DNA from: Azolla caroliniana
Lineage: Eukaryota > Plantae > Polypodiophyta
Assembly (NCBI GenBank): GCA_043228905.1
Contig: JBHGNT010000002.1
Coordinates: 5,704,001-5,768,000, forward strand
Reading direction: 5' to 3'
Length of the DNA: 64,000 bases
The notes under the pieces were generated by a model that was given only the letters and a program-made list of their open reading frames with translations, was not told where the DNA came from and made no database searches. Each line of letters begins with the position of its first letter. Position 1 is the first letter of the stretch. Both the position numbers and the translations under genes were made by a program. Shown one piece after another: positions 62,358 through 64,000 of this stretch.

Positions 62358-63008
62358 TTGATTACCTAAAATCCACAAAAATTGTAGAGCCAAAGCTACA
62401 GAGAATTGAGCACTTACTGATGAAGACAGAAGCAAGTCTGTTTTACATACAAGTTTGGAATATTTGGGCAAGTTGTATGTTGTAGGTGTTGCAATGAAGA
62501 TGTTGCAAGGCCTGCAACAAAGTCGCAGAGAGAGAGAGAGAGAGAAGGAGGGAGAGGGAGCGATACAGAGAACCAGAGAAGCAACGTCTCTTTAAAAAAA
62601 AATACAAATAAGGGGAAAAAAAGGACGACGCATTTTTCCCATTTCAAACGTGTTCGTTGCCTCCACGAACACGAACATTACGTTCTATGTCTGTAAATAT
62701 GTTTCTGGGTAAGCCCATTGAGGCTATATTTGTAAATAGCCCTAAGTTCATATAAGTATAAATATGACTTAGGGCAATCACTTTAGTACAGTTGTTATTT
62801 TGATGTTGTAGATATATATTGTTGTAACTGTTGTACAGAGAGAGAAAGAGGGAGAGAGAGATACAAAGCGATACTCTATTGTAACCGCCACTGTGCGAAG
62901 AAACAGAGCTCGAGTTTGTTTCCTCCAAGTCTCTGATTGTACCCTTTCTCTTCATAGTGATAGTTCGGAGTCTGTGGGCTCCCGTGCTTTTTCCCTATTA
63001 GGGTTTTC

Positions 63009-64000
63009 TGACGAGAACTAAACGTCCCCTATGCACAATGCTCTACCACAACCGAGCTTAGAATCATACACAAAAAAACTGGAATGAATGCACAACACAA
63101 TGAAGAGAAGAGTACAGAGGATGTTTACGTGGAAAACCCAAACTAGGGAAAAAACCACGGCAACCCACAGCCTGCAAACTATCACTATGTTACAGTGTAC
63201 AATAGTAAAGCACCGAGGCAACAACCTCGAGCTTTCTATCTTCGCCACAGGCGGCGGTTACAATAGAGGCAACGACCTCTTCCTCTCTCTCTCTCTCTGT
63301 ACACAGTTACACGCTCTGATCTCTTGCGCCAACAAGAATGACAACAACCTAAAAGTTTGCCCTAAGTCATATTTATACTAATATGACTTTTCGGCTATTT
63401 ACAAATATAGCCACGATGGACTCTCAGAAACATATTTACGAATATGTCTCTTAATCCGGTGAGCACTCCTCACCGGGTCTGCACCATCCGGCTCTCCGAA
63501 GCCGGGTACTCCTCATCAGCACTGTTCTTCTCCCTTCCCATCCGGAGGGACCTGTCTCCCAACAAACTCGCCCTTCACTCCGGCATGGGGTGTCTCACTA
63601 GTCCGATCCGCTTCCGGCATGCATCCAACTTGTTGGGTATCAACACTTTGGTCAGCATATCTGACCCGTTCTTGGCCGTGTGGATCTTCGTCAACGCGAA
63701 CTCCTGGTCATCTACTCTTTCCTGGATCCAGTGATACCTTCGCTGGATATGCTTCGTCCAGGAATGGTAGGCCGCATTCTTAGCAAGGTGGATGGCACTT
63801 TGACTGTCGCAATAGAGCCGGTATTCATCTTGCCGGATACCGAGCTCTCCGATGAAGTCCTTCATGCATAATATTTCCTTGCCGGCTTCCACAGCCGCCA
63901 TGTACTCCGCCTCCGTGGTTGACAATGCAACCGTCTTCTGTAGCTTCGACTGCCACGAAACAGCTCCCCCTCCATATGTCATTACATACGCGGATGTAGA
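63009..64000 (-). mobile_element. 3' end of a copia element (RNase H, PPT, 3' LTR) inserted in the D 3' LTR
   Basis: LTR 63009-63564; PPT GTGAAGGGCGAG; RNase H ORF 63575-63982 (LSTTEAEY..KHIQRRYHW). Confidence 0.9.

Larger units (their letters stand above)
40777..62689 (-). mobile_element. hAT-bounded 21.9-kb insertion with nested or cargo sequence
   Basis: Termini CATAGAA...TTCTATG; 8-bp TSD TCTATAAA (40769-40776) / TCTGTAAA (62690-62697); removing it restores the D LTR sequence GACATATCTGTAAATATG; a hAT transposase lies just inside the right end. Confidence 0.85.
30569..63008 (+). mobile_element. Decayed copia element D (related to C), expanded by nested insertions
   Basis: 5' LTR 30569-31034; gag to integrase 31055-33689; RT and RNase H 38535-40677; PPT ~40677-40685. 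The 3' LTR is split into 40688-40776 and 62690-63008, both matching the 5' LTR. Confidence 0.85.

Overview
Repeat-saturated eukaryotic DNA, probably heterochromatin of a non-seed land plant. That is inferred from the TE mix: a Tcn1-like chromovirus, a fungal-type Ty3/gypsy RT, a Sola1-like transposase and tRNA-iMet-primed copia. No ordinary host gene is recognisable. Nearly all 64 kb is nested transposons, most delimited by LTR pairs, PBS/PPT and target-site duplications (TSDs). They include two copia elements with intact ORFs (16244-21844 and 23192-28730), several decayed copia and gypsy elements, solo LTRs, an L1 3' fragment, and a 21.9-kb hAT-bounded insertion (40777-62689, 8-bp TSD) that splits a copia 3' LTR. 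The standout is inside that insertion. A Sola1/DUF7869-like DDD transposase gene with a C-terminal Tudor/SH3-like domain sits head-to-head with a six-exon spliced gene encoding a ParB/Srx-like domain fused to a bacterial-type beta-class amino (N6-adenine/N4-cytosine) DNA methyltransferase. That gene's first intron holds ~16 copies of a 23-bp palindrome (AACTCGATACG-N-CGTATCGAGTT) at 32/40-bp periods, resembling a parS-type binding array. Both genes are pseudogenised in this copy. Family names come from motif recognition only; no searches were run.
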